DNA of 62,892 nt, counting the filler, from Nemertoderma westbladi (Eukaryota; Animalia; Xenacoelomorpha): the NCBI GenBank assembly GCA_032718475.1. It is 3 parts of 3 records of this genome, joined end to end, with 100 filler letters (N's around TTAATTAATTAA, not from the genome) between each part and the next. Parts side by side here need not be neighbours in the genome. Positions count along the whole stretch, not along the records: positions 1 to 15,108 come from JAUCBJ010005490.1; positions 15,209 to 47,016 come from JAUCBJ010002131.1; 1 more part is not named here. One strand, given 5' to 3'. The translations under genes and the position numbers were made by a program. This document shows positions 12,555-23,665 of the stretch, piece after piece (positions within the stretch are counted from its first letter, which is position 1; each line of letters opens with the position of its first letter). The notes under the pieces were generated by a model, which did no database searches, was not told the DNA's origin, and worked only from the letters and a program-made list of their open reading frames with translations.

Positions 12555-14188
12555 TCAAATATAACTTGTATAATGAACAGAGGATTGAATGATATACACT
12601 GTACGTGAATTCAAGTTACTATTTCAATGTACTATGAAACCTATACAAAATAGTTTTCCAGAATGCATTTATTTATGTAGAAACGAACGAAACGCACCTT
12701 AAAGGTGCCTTTTGACGCATGGTGAAAAATACCTTAACGGAGAGACTTCCGATAGTGTAATGGAGCTTCGAGTTTCTGGCTTCCATTGGTTAAAGCCGGC
12801 ATTATTTTAACGGAGGCTTTGTGTCGCTCACAATTTTAGTTAACGGCGTCGTTAGCACTAACATAGCTTCTTGTCGCCCGCCCCTGATTTATAACTTTGA
12901 AATATTGTCTTAGATATATAGGGCAAATTTTTTATTGAATTCTCAGGCACATACTTGGCAACTTTTGAGAAAGACCTCTTATATACAGTACTAATGTACT
13001 CTTACCCTTTATTATTAAAGTTCTTTATTCGACATTATTCGAAATTATGTAACTACGCTACATATGTAGAAAAGGATATATAAATATATAATTTATACGG
13101 TGGGGGAGCTTTTACGGTGAGTGGGATACCAGTAGACTCCGTTGGATCCAGTTTGAGAGTTAGTCCCATTCCCGGTACACCCGGTAAAGGCCAACCGCCA
13201 CTTACTTTCATTTTACTGACTATCGACATACTGTACCGGTAGAGCAGTAGGCTTGCCTCACATTCCTTAGCTAATAATAGGCGTCGTCAGTGCCGGTATG
13301 TCAAAATACTGATGTATATTAATGATATATAGGAATGGAGTAAGCATAAGCAACTATATCTGCATACCCTCACTACAATCAACTAGAACCACTTCAATGA
13401 ACAACATTCACCATTCAACCATTCGCCAGTACTACTTGTTTACTTTAACATTAATGACTTTTGTGGTAATGAATATTTCCATTTTCGAATAAAATGGAGA
13501 CAGGGAGGGGGGGGGGGGGGGGGCTGGATGCAAATACCATCTTGGCGAATTAATATCCCGCCTCAATGTTAATTTCTCAATTTAGGGATAGGAGTAGGTT
13601 ACAGTGACACGTTATTTTAACCAAAACAATAAACTAAACACAATAGAACAGGTTACAGTTTTATTTTTGAGAGTAATCAACTGCTATTTGCGTCCAATTT
13701 CCACTGGAGGTGGATCGGGATGAATTTTTATTAGTGTTCAGTAATTAGTAATAATTAGTAATAGTTTGGACAATTCATATCATGAATGATGTTGTACTAC
13801 GTTCGCTGGGCCTTTAGATTATCCGGTCCATGAACTGTGTCTCTGGAGGGTGTAGCTCTGCTATCTGGCTTTATTATTATTCCTCACCATGGATTGTGCC
13901 TCTCTGCCATGTTACGTGTTCTTATTGCAGGTTGTCGTTACTTTATATTATTCTACGACTTTTCTGAAAGTATTTGATTTAGTATACCTTAATGTATCAT
14001 TCGAACCCTTTGGGTGTAATTATTAGAGTGGACTAGAAACTGACCAGCTTTCAGTTCGCAACATAAACTGTCATAAACTGGGTTATGGGTGTAAAGGCGA
14101 CAACCAAAGCCGATACAACCTATGTATTATAAACGCGAATTAATGTTAATGATGAATTGGGGGAAAGGAACATGGTTTACAGTCAAGG

Positions 14189-15108
14189 TGTGACGGGATC
14201 AGGGGATCCCGACCGGTTCATTAAGTTACGCGTCGCCGTGTTGTTGAGAATAGGAAAATAGTTTGTTGTTGCTTTGATATTTGTTATAGACATGCAAAAT
14301 GGATAATATATGACAGCACAGTTCACAGAATAATATGATAGCAGTATGCAGTATAATAATTGATATGATGTTGTGACGGGGACGGTGCGAAATGTCACCG
14401 GTCTGCACTGAGTGACTGAGTAAACTAAACCGGTATGACAATATACTGATAATATATATCTAATCACCCTTACGGTACTGTGGCCTTATTACTTAGCGGA
14501 TGCTCTCCCGGTCTCCCATTGGCCTATAACCCACTTCACGCCTCTCACCTCTGCGGGAGTGCTTCCCCCCCCCCCCCCCCCCCGCTGTTGGTTATCTGCC
14601 CTCTCGAGGTGGTTTGACCTCTAACCTCCCTTTGTGTGGCTTTTGGGGTGTGCATTGTCCCCGTTATTGGGTGTGATACGAGATTGATTGTTATCAATCT
14701 CGTATCTCCAATATTGCTGAAAAGGGCGCCACTGCTCTAACTTTATGGGGGTAATGGAGTGGAATTGAATCCGCTCACACTCCCCCCCATGCTATCTTCC
14801 CGGTGAGAAGACCTCTGAGTGCGCTTCAATTCCGCTGGAACCCGATCTACTATCGGGTGTGGGGTGGAGTTCTTTAACTATGGAGTCGGCTTTCCAGGCC
14901 GCTCCCTCTGGGTATGATATTACTACCCCTTCTTGCTGCAACCGCAACCTATGTTGCACCAAGACATCTGACGTCTCTGTTTGAGACAATTGTGGAATCC
15001 TCACACAATTTTAAAAACTCTTTCACTCTCTAAACTCTAACTTCTCACTCTACTCTATCTTACTTCACTCTAACTCCACTGTAACTCCACTCTGCTCTCT
15101 CCCCACAC
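14189..15108 (-). mobile_element. 3' end of Bel/Pao family B copy B2: 3' LTR (14189-14779), PPT (14780-14788) and internal 3' region up to the gap
   Basis: On the minus strand the LTR begins TGTGAGCGGATTCAATTCC and ends GATCCCGTCACA, like the LTRs at 23051 and 29036. It is preceded by the same GGGAAGATAGCATGGGGGGGAG PPT block. Confidence 0.88.
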
Positions 15109-15208
15109 NNNNNNNNNNNNNNNNNNNNNNNNNNNNNNNNNNNNNNNNNNNNTTAATTAATTAANNNNNNNNNNNNNNNNNNNNNNNNNNNNNNNNNNNN
15201 NNNNNNNN
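15109..15208. other. Artificial contig/scaffold linker
   Basis: N44-TTAATTAATTAA-N44, with stop codons in all six frames. Identical structure at 47017-47116. Confidence 0.97.
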
Positions 15209-16229
15209 AGGGAGTGAGGGAGTGAGTGAGGAAATGAGGGCTGTGGCTGTGGCTGTGGCTGTGGCTGTGGCTGTGGCTGTGGCTGTGGCTGTGGCTGTGG
15301 CTGTGGCTGTGGCTGTGGCTGTGGCTGTGGCTGTGGCTGTGGCTGTGGCTGTGGCAGCCACAGCCACAGCCACAGCCACAGCCACAGCCACAGCCACAGC
15401 CACAGCCACAGCCACAGCCACAGCCCTCATTTCCTCACTCACTCTCTCACTCACTTCCTCACTCCCTCACTCCCTCACTCCCTCACTCCCTCACTCCCTC
15501 ACTCCCTCACTCCCTCACTCCCTCACTCCCTCACTCCCACTCCCTCCCTCCCTCACTCCCCTCACTCCCTCACTCCCTCACTCCCTCACTCCCTCACTCC
15601 TCACTCCCTCACTCCCTCACTCCCTCACTCCCTCACTCCCTCACTCCCTCACTCCCTCACTCCCTCACTCCCTCACTCCCTCACTCCCTCACTCACTCCC
15701 CCACTCCCTCACTCCCTCACTCACTTACTCACTCACTCCCTCACTCCCTCACTCCCTCACTCCCTCATTCCCTCACTCCCTCACTCCCTCACTCCCTCAC
15801 TCCCTCACTCCCTCACTCCCTCACTCCCTCACTCCCTCACTCCCTCACTCCCTCACTCCCTCACTCCCTCACTCCCTCACTCCCTCACTCCCTCACTCCC
15901 TCACTCCCTCACTCCCTCACTCCCTCACTCCCTCATTCCCTCACTCCCTCACTCCCTCACTCCCTCACTCCCTCACTCCCTCACTCCCTCACTCCCTCAC
16001 TCCCTCACTCCCTCACTCCCTCACTCCCTCACTCCCTCACTCCCTCACTCCCTCACTCCCTCACTCCCTCACTCCCTCACTCCCTCACTCCCTCACTCTC
16101 TAACTCCCTCACTCCCTCACTCCCTCACTCAATCCCTCACTCTCTCACTCCCTCACTCCCTCACTCCCTCACTCACTCCATCACTCCCTCACTCCCTCAC
16201 TCCCTCACTCACTCCCTCACTCCTTCACT
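15209..16229. repeat. Inverted (CTGTGG)n/(CCACAG)n microsatellite plus about 800 bp of (CACTCCCT)n
   Basis: Read directly. The palindrome centre is near 15355, with flanking GAGTGAGGAAATGAGG/CCTCATTTCCTCACTC. Confidence 0.95.
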
Positions 16230-16300
16230 CAAATACAAAATGTAGTATTATTGCCTAGCAACCAATTCATAGCTACTGTATGGTTTTCACTTTGAGACAT

Positions 16301-16319
16301 TTCGCCCTCTAGCGGCAGA
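16301..16319 (-). promoter_or_regulatory. CTCF-like binding motif
   Basis: Minus strand reads TGCCGCTAGAGGGCGAA, matching the CC.C.AG.GGGCR core. Motif match only. Confidence 0.4.
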
Positions 16320-17794
16320 CTGGGGAACTTCAGACTACTATGTGACTCCACAAAGAGATATAGCCTATATTGTAATAGATACCGATTGGGGGGTTAAAAT
16401 TAAGTAATAATATATCTAAATAAGTCTCAAACATCTTGCCTCATGACTCGCCCCTCAGAACTCTTAAGCAATATAGCTTCATAGTTTTTAAGGCAAACTG
16501 GTAAACGAGATTTGTTAATTACGCATACCTCGCAGACTTAAGTAATTAATTATACAGTAGGTTAGATCGTTTTGAGAATAGGACCGTTGGAAACAGCGCC
16601 CTCGAAAACCTCAGTACAAATAAAATTAATAAAGATTAACAGGATATAGCTCGTTATAATAAAACATAAATTATAATACAATAGAACAATTAGGGTTGTA
16701 AATAAAAACAAATTAAATAAATTGAAGATAAACTGTATATAACTTATGTATTAAAAGAGGGCCTTATTTAATTATGTGCGGTTGGGCGCACAGGCTGCTT
16801 CATAAAGTACAATGTGAAAGAAGTCAATCTATTGCAAACCAGATGTTTATTATAATTTTCTTAGGCGATTTGACAATGGTTTACATGATAACGAAGCTGG
16901 AGGTTTGAATAATTTAAACTTTGTGGCAGCCCCACGTTGGTATACAGTATAACTCAACATAGGATTCAATGGGTTAGTCATGCTACGTCTAATAAGAGCC
17001 CAAACAGCCACAGATTATTGAGGGGTTGAGATAGGACCAAACTGGCCCATTTTATTTTCGTGTGAGGCTAATTTATGTTTTGGGCCCCGTTCGCATCTTT
17101 ATATTTCATTCTATCATTCTATTGTACGGCAAAAATAATACAAATGTATTGTATATTGTATTATTGTTCCTATTGTATTGTATATTTCATCTACTGTAGT
17201 ACAATCTATTCATCGCGCGTCCCTATCTGATTGATTTATGTCAAATTAAATTGCCTTTGGCAACATTATTTGATACAAATCGATTGATTAAACAATTAAT
17301 TAATTGTTTAATCGACCAATTAATTAATTGTTTAATTAATTAATGACCTACTTAACACCCAAGGTGCGAAGTGGGTCTAACTGTCGCAGAGGATGGCATA
17401 CTATTACTACTGCCCATATTCATCTCAGCAACATTCATTATTCCACATAAAACTATTTCGCAACGACATTCAGATTTTCTTATTATTTGGAATCTTTCCA
17501 TCAAACAAAGTGGGGGTGGGGGGGGGGCGTTGGGTCAGGGGACCAGTATAGTGTGGGGGACCATAGGCCTACAGACAGTAGCATTTCTCCTTAGCCAGCA
17601 TTCCTGAAATAATAGGTAAAACTGTTGAAACAGAGAGACTTGCACCAATACGAAATAAGGCACATAACTAATCACATTGCTTTTAGTTTTTAGTGTTTTT
17701 ATTTAAATTTAATTTGTCTACAAATTTAATTATTGATTATTATTGTGATCATTAATATTTACAACTTTATTGTTCATATCTCATATTTTCCACA

Positions 17795-18294
17795 ATGTTG
17801 GTCTCTTCTGATGCTACTGATGGAGTGGATCAGCATGCATTCTTAACATTCCTGGGAGACTTTAATGCAAGTCTGCATCAATCACCTACATCGCCCTGGG
17901 TCTATAGCAATAGTGTTAACCGAAATTCTGTCCATCCTCAGGATTTTATCTCTGGAAATGGATTGTTTTTGGCTGGAACCCAGTTCAAGAAGCGAACTGG
18001 AAAGCTATGGACTCATAGTGGACCCAGTGGTCACAAGTCCCAGATAGATCATATTCTGTTTCGTAGGAAATACAGGAGCTCTATACAAGACTGTAATGCA
18101 TTTACACTTCGACCCTTCTCCAGTGATCACCGCCTTATTGTGGCCAAGGTAAGACTTAGTCTGCGTGCTAGTAGAACAACGAAATCTGCCTTGCCGCGGC
18201 ATGACTGGTCCTCTGTGTTGCAACAGCCAAGTGTGAGATCCAGCTTCACACTACAGCTGAGCAACAGGTATGAGGCTATTGCCTCTGAGGCGGC
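17795..18294 (+). mobile_element. RTE-type LINE, 5' part (APE endonuclease C-terminal half), interrupted by LTR element A1
   Basis: LGDFNA, WTH.GP.G.KSQIDHIL and SDHRLIVAKVRL are APE motifs. The sequence resumes at 37011 after TSD GCGGC. Confidence 0.9.
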
Positions 18295-19473
18295 TGTAAA
18301 GGCTTTTGCGGATATAACTAGTCATTTTCCCCGCAAAGTACTCTGTAGGTGTTTTAGCGGACATAAAAAGCCGTTTTCTTACTGTGTAGGTGTTTTAGTG
18401 GACATAAAAAGCCATTTTTCTGTATGTGTACTTTAGCGGACATAACAAGCCATTTTATGCCGCAATACGCCAAAATACTCTTAATACAGTGTGGCTTAGA
18501 TGACGAAATCTATCAGCTGATTTTGATGTCGATGTGGAGCTTTTTAACTCTCTTTGTTCAGCTCACTCGACCAATCAGAGCGATTTTCATTTTATTTGCA
18601 CAGAAGCCTACGGGAAATCGCGCAATGCATGACGGTCTTTGTTTACCTTTTTCCTGAGCCCAGAACATCGGCTTTGGAATTATTCTTAGTTTCAGACTTT
18701 AGCCAAACATTCGACGGCTTTGATTATAGGAACGTATAACTGTTATCCTGACACAGCTCAGCACAGCAAACTCATAGCAAACCAAACCAGACTCACCTTA
18801 CCTTTCACCGCATTATTTTACTGCTATTTACTGTCGGTTATTAATTGTTAGAAGTTGATGGATATGTTGTTATATTTGGAGAATATCGATAAATAATCAT
18901 AAAGCCCCAATCTTCTTGATATACTGAAGGTTAGAGAGACCGGTTACCTGTAGCAATTGCGACTTACATTATAGTGGTTTTGGAGTGAATTGAATGCTAT
19001 TTCATAATCCCTACATGTGTCAGTTGCTGTTCTCCTTATATATGATCAAATTTAGTGAAGGTCGGCAGATCAGTGTGCAGCAGTGTGCGGTAGTGTGCAT
19101 GAGTGTGACAATACAAGTACGAAAATCATTAGCCATCCCGTTGTGTTTAGTGTAAGTCATAACTGTTTACATACTTAGAGCGCCACGTCCTAAAGGAACT
19201 GTTAATATTTCCCGAAAGTAAATAATATTTGTCAGAGATTATATATTATCGATTAATCGAATAGTACAGTCAGTCTACACTGCAATAAGGTCAGAGCCTC
19301 CGAATCCAGTCTCCCTTAACTGTGGGTGAATGGTCGCGAATAGGCTGGCTTCGGCTAATGTAACTTTATATCTTATATGCAACAAATACTTGTTATAGGC
19401 TAAAGTCGATTTATAAACTAGAAGACACCTAAAATTAGCGGGTTAAACTGCTAAAGGTCTAAAAGCGCGAACA
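18295..19473 (+). repeat. 5' LTR of A1 (1179 bp)
   Basis: TGTAAAGG...GCGCGAACA. About 15 substitutions and 2 indels versus the 3' LTR by eye. U3 starts with 3-4 tandem ~45-bp GCGGACATAA..AGCC.TTTT units. Confidence 0.95.
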
Positions 19474-19484
19474 ATAACAGTTAT
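19474..19484 (+). promoter_or_regulatory. Putative self-priming primer-binding site of A1 (non-tRNA)
   Basis: ATAACAGTTAT, flush with the LTR end, is the exact reverse complement of LTR 18736-18746 (ATAACTGTTAT). No TGG. Confidence 0.75.
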
Positions 19485-21360
19485 TCTAGTTTCTTTATTG
19501 CAACGTAGGCAATAAAGTCGAAAAGTACCGGTCGACCGGTAACCTGTAGGCCTGACTGCCTAACCACCCGAACCGGTACTTACAGCAGTACAGGTACAGC
19601 AGTATTATTCTATTTTGATAATTATATACCGGTAGGTCTTGATATTTAATCAGGGACGGCCACCCTGGTTTTTTATTGGGGTTTTACTTATTTCTGTCAG
19701 TTTTATTTATCAGTAAGTGTAATATCGAGCAGAAGGCGTGTAAGCCTGCTCAGATTGTATAAATAATTTGTAGGCTGGATTGTTGTCTGGCTGTTGTCAG
19801 GTCTGAAGGGATTGCAGTGTGTGTAGAGTGTATGTCCGATAAAATACTAGTTAGGAACGTTGGGGCATCCAGTGCTGTAAGGTAAATCCCCTCCGAAAGA
19901 ATAAGTCGTACTACTGGGATAGAACGCATACTAACTAACCATTTTGGAGTCTGCATATACTGTAGTTTATTTAGGCTTGATAGTAGTCTGCCAGCATTTG
20001 GTTTGTATTTTGTTTGTGTAGTCTGTAAGGGTAGCGTAATATTTATTATTCAGAGTTTATGCGATTATTCGCAACATACACAACCCCAAGTTTATTCCTA
20101 CAGTAATTGTGCTTGTTATACATACCGTTATAGTTAAATTAACCCCGGTACTACAACAGGGCTGTTTGGCGTAGGTAAAGACTGGTGATTTTATGCTCTA
20201 GTCACTCCAGCAGATACTGTGGTTCTTTTAGCTGTACAAGTATTTTTAACTGCTGGTTATTTGTTGTATAAGTACTTGTACCTAATTTAGGGTTTAGTGT
20301 ACAGTGCTTTCCGAAGGTAATTAGTTTGTAGGCAGTATATTTGTGTTGTAAAGTGGTTAATAGGCACGTTAGCTATGGTTGGCTGCGGTAATTAACTTCT
20401 AGGTAGGAACACTCCAGGTACGTAACGTAGTACTTATAGAGCTGTAAGCTAGAGACTATAAGTCGTCAGACGGTGGTATTTTCTTATCTAGACAACGCAA
20501 TATATTTACTACTGCTTAATTATTTTCAAATACCGTAGTATCCTGTCCGTTGTAATAACCAGAAATTCTAACCCCTTGTTAGGCTGGTTTGTAAATTTCC
20601 TGTAAAATTACCCTAAAATTCGTACCTGTAATTTTTGTGTTTATTTAGAGATTGTAATCTCACCCCTTAATTGTACGTAATTTGCAGTAATAAGTAACTT
20701 AGTAAATTAGAATTATTTGTTTTAGTGTCCAATAAGTAGCACTACACTGAGAGCGTTCAGCTTCTGTGAAGTGACTCCTTACCTAGAAATAATAACATTT
20801 ATTTCAAATATTGTAACAAAACCCATTAAACGGGTATATATATATTATAAATCAACTCAAACCGATTTATAAAATAGTAGGCCTGTCATCCATCAATTAG
20901 GTCTTAATATCAGTTGGACTACTGCTTAATAACAGTAACAAAGTAAAGAAAGGTAACCCTAAAATTCAGAAATTCAGTTATTATAAAATAATTGATATAC
21001 CGGTATTTACGATAGGCTTATTATATTTATTTCTATAAATTTATGCTGAAATTATATACCGGTATTCTGTAATTTTATGTCTATAATTATACTTATATAT
21101 ACTATAAGTGTAAGCTAAGCTGTATACTGGTATTCACAGTAGGCTTATTATATATTTATATATATTTGCGCTGAAATTATATACCGGTATTCTGTGACGA
21201 AACCTAGTCTGTAATAATACTTATATATACTATAAGTGTATACCGGTATTCTAATATATTGTATATATCACGTTACACTGAGTCACGATAGTTGATACTG
21301 AATTACTAGACTTGCTTTAACTGTAGTTCTAGCAGTAAGCATTCAACTGTACAAACAAAC

Positions 21361-23050
21361 ATGGCTGACACAAAGCAAAATCTGTCAGACAGTCTCCTAG
21401 ATACAACAATCTGTGATCCAGATAGGAGTGCGGAACGTTTGAGACCGAAGTTCAACTCCCCTCCTACTGTAAGAAAGGTCATCCCTCCAGTAGTAGTATC
21501 AGACCCTAGGCTAGTCAAACACCGTAGGTCTATCATAGGCACTCGGGCTCAAGTCAAGCGGGACCAAGAGGCAGCTGTTAAACAACAGCAACACTCGAGC
21601 CGAGAACTTATTTCTCAGCGGCCCGATAGCTCCAGTAGTTCAAATACTGTAGAGTTGACACCCGAGCGCGGAGCAAAGATGGCAGAAGCAGTTTATTCGG
21701 ATCCACTTCTCATTCTTCCTGACGCCGTACTCACTAGAGTATTGATTGCGGTGGAGGAACATCAAATGGATTGGGCGAGAAGTAAGCGATCGACCAAGGA
21801 CAGTTATGCGGGATACACGAAGGAGGAACTGAAGTCTATTGTCGAGACGCAATGGAATTTCCCCGGACCCGGACTCCCGTTTAACTTATCGGAAGCTGCC
21901 TGGGAGGACTTATACAGGATGGGAGTGGTAAGGGACACTAGAGATCCAGCTGTGTGGAAGAGGTCGGCAGCAGGATATGTACAGGGATTTTTCAGCTCTT
22001 TGGAGCGATTAGAGGAACAACTGTTTCAACAACCCCAAGGACCTCAAGAGCAGGGAGAGCTGCTTTATCAAGTTCGAGAAAGAATTCTAAGAATCAGACT
22101 AATCCTATCGGCCTTTGAGGAAGCTTCGAAAAGAAGCCAAGACACGTCGTTGCAAGTTGCCGTAAAGACTTGGTTCCAGCGGGTGGGTCTCAAAGTTCAA
22201 GGAACGGCCCAGTGGAAATTTCAGCTGGCTGAGCGCTCAACCCACGGAGAATCAACAGACGCTACCTTTTCTCAAGTGGAAAGCGAAGCGACAGCAGAGA
22301 AACCTCAGAAGAAGGACGCTTTTGACATCTATCTGTCGGACCATCAACGATTTCTAGGTGACGAAGAGTTGAGGAGACAGCTGGCTGGACTTCGTCCTAA
22401 TAGTGAAGGAGCCAAATTTGTGTTGGACGCAATAGATGCGGAAATGTTAGCTGCGAACCAAGCTAAATTTGATGAAAGCATCCGCATCGCTAGGGTTCAA
22501 GAAGAACAAGTAAAGAAAAAACGTATAGAAGACATAAAGACAGCAGCAGCGGCAGCGGCAGAGGCAGAAGTGGAAAGAAAAGCGGCAGAAGTGGAAAGAA
22601 AAGCGGCAGTGGCAGCGGCAGAAGTGGAAAGAAAAGTGGCAGCGGCAGCGGCAGAAGTGGAAAGAAAAGCGGCAGTGGCAGCGGCAGAAGCGGAAAGAAA
22701 AACAGCAGAAGCGGAAAGAAAGGTAGCAGTGGCAGAAGCAGAACAGAGGGCGTCTGAAGAGACCACCCAACTAGAGTTGGAAAATCTTCAAGAGAAGCAA
22801 GACTACATAGATAAACAGAGAACAGCTAGTCAGTGGCAGATGATAAGTCGATCTACTCCCAAAAGACAGGGATTTACATCATCTGATGAAGGCGATACAA
22901 CAGATCCTGAAGGCGGAGGAAATAGATCTCGTTTCAGTAGGCGTAGAAGAACGCCTCAGAAATTGCCTAATTTGCCCCCAGCTGTGAGAATGCAACTAGC
23001 TAGCACAGACTTAGGTAGTACAGAACCCACAGACCAAATTATTAGAGTAG
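21361..23050 (+). pseudogene. A1 Gag, N-terminal part (interrupted by element B1)
   Basis: Open from ATG 21361. Removing B1 and one AGTAG joins it in frame to 29583 (..IIRV-E-RLPTIVDEP). Contains Ala/Glu/Lys coiled-coil repeats AEVERKAAVAA. Homologous to 45895-47016. Confidence 0.85.
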
Positions 23051-23266
23051 TGTTAGCGTATTCAATTCCGCTAACACAAACCCATAAAGTAAGCCGTTAA
23101 GCAATATTGGGGGCCACGAGGTTGATTACCCAATCTCGTGTCACCCCAACAAAGTGGGAAGGAGAAACACACAATAGGGGTCAGGGGCCATACCCCTGAC
23201 AGAGAGAGAATAGCAAGGGTGAAGGGAAGCACTTCAGAGGGGGGCAAAGGGTGCCAACAAGGATAT

Positions 23267-23360
23267 TAGCCAATCAGGGGGGAAGCATCGACTAGGTACT
23301 GTAACAAGGCCAAACCGTGCAATATATATTACCGGTCGATGCAATACCCATTCAGTCATC
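23267..23360 (+). promoter_or_regulatory. Pol II promoter in B1 5' LTR (CCAAT, TATA, initiator)
   Basis: AGCCAATCAG near 23268, TATATAT at 23323-23329, and TCAGT initiator-like motif at 23352-23356, about 31 nt downstream of the TATA. Confidence 0.6.
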
Positions 23361-23592
23361 TCAGTACAGTCAGGCAGAACGGTGACAGTTAAGACCATCA
23401 CCGCCGTCACCAATATATACTACCATATCATTACCGGTATACTGTGCTATCATTACTGCATTACTCCGTCTATCTCATATACATATTATCAACAATACTG
23501 GAAGAACGACAAACTTTTTTCTTTCATTCACACGGCGGGGACGCGTATGAAACAACACCGGATAAACCGGGATCCTCTCGGATCCCGTCACA

Positions 23593-23601
23593 GTCTTAAC
23601 T
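23593..23601 (+). promoter_or_regulatory. Putative self-priming primer-binding site of B1
   Basis: GTCTTAACT, flush with the LTR end, is the reverse complement of LTR 23387-23395 (AGTTAAGAC). Confidence 0.7.
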
Positions 23602-23665
23602 TACCAAGGCCTACAGACTTAACACTAGGCCTGCCGAACTGTGACTGACAGCTACTAAAGTAAAG

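Noticed and set aside
12835-12887. Terminal inverted repeat of the Harbinger element
   Set aside because: Resembles a Harbinger-type end, but I could not find the matching partner end, so element boundaries are not called.
15153-15164. TTAATTAATTAA palindrome as a biological site
   Set aside because: Embedded in exactly 44 N on each side and repeated at 47061; a synthetic six-frame-stop linker.
15161-16103. 293-aa and 97-aa ORFs (VAVA/TATA/PHSLTPSL)
   Set aside because: Translations of microsatellites beside an assembly gap.
18495-18522. Hammerhead-like GATGACGAAA in family A LTRs
   Set aside because: Lacks CUGANGA and stem II. More simply TGACG and CAGCTG transcription-factor-like motifs in U3.
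18424-18739. Small ORFs repeated at 35928-36243, and at 23382/29367
   Set aside because: They recur only because they lie in LTRs, and show no protein-like features.
22447-22770. Minus-strand Cys/Phe-rich and Ala-rich ORFs
   Set aside because: Antisense shadows of the gag AEVERKAA repeat.
21361-23100. 579-aa ORF as a standalone host gene
   Set aside because: It is the 5' part of A1 gag. Its last 16 codons are read-through into the B1 LTR.
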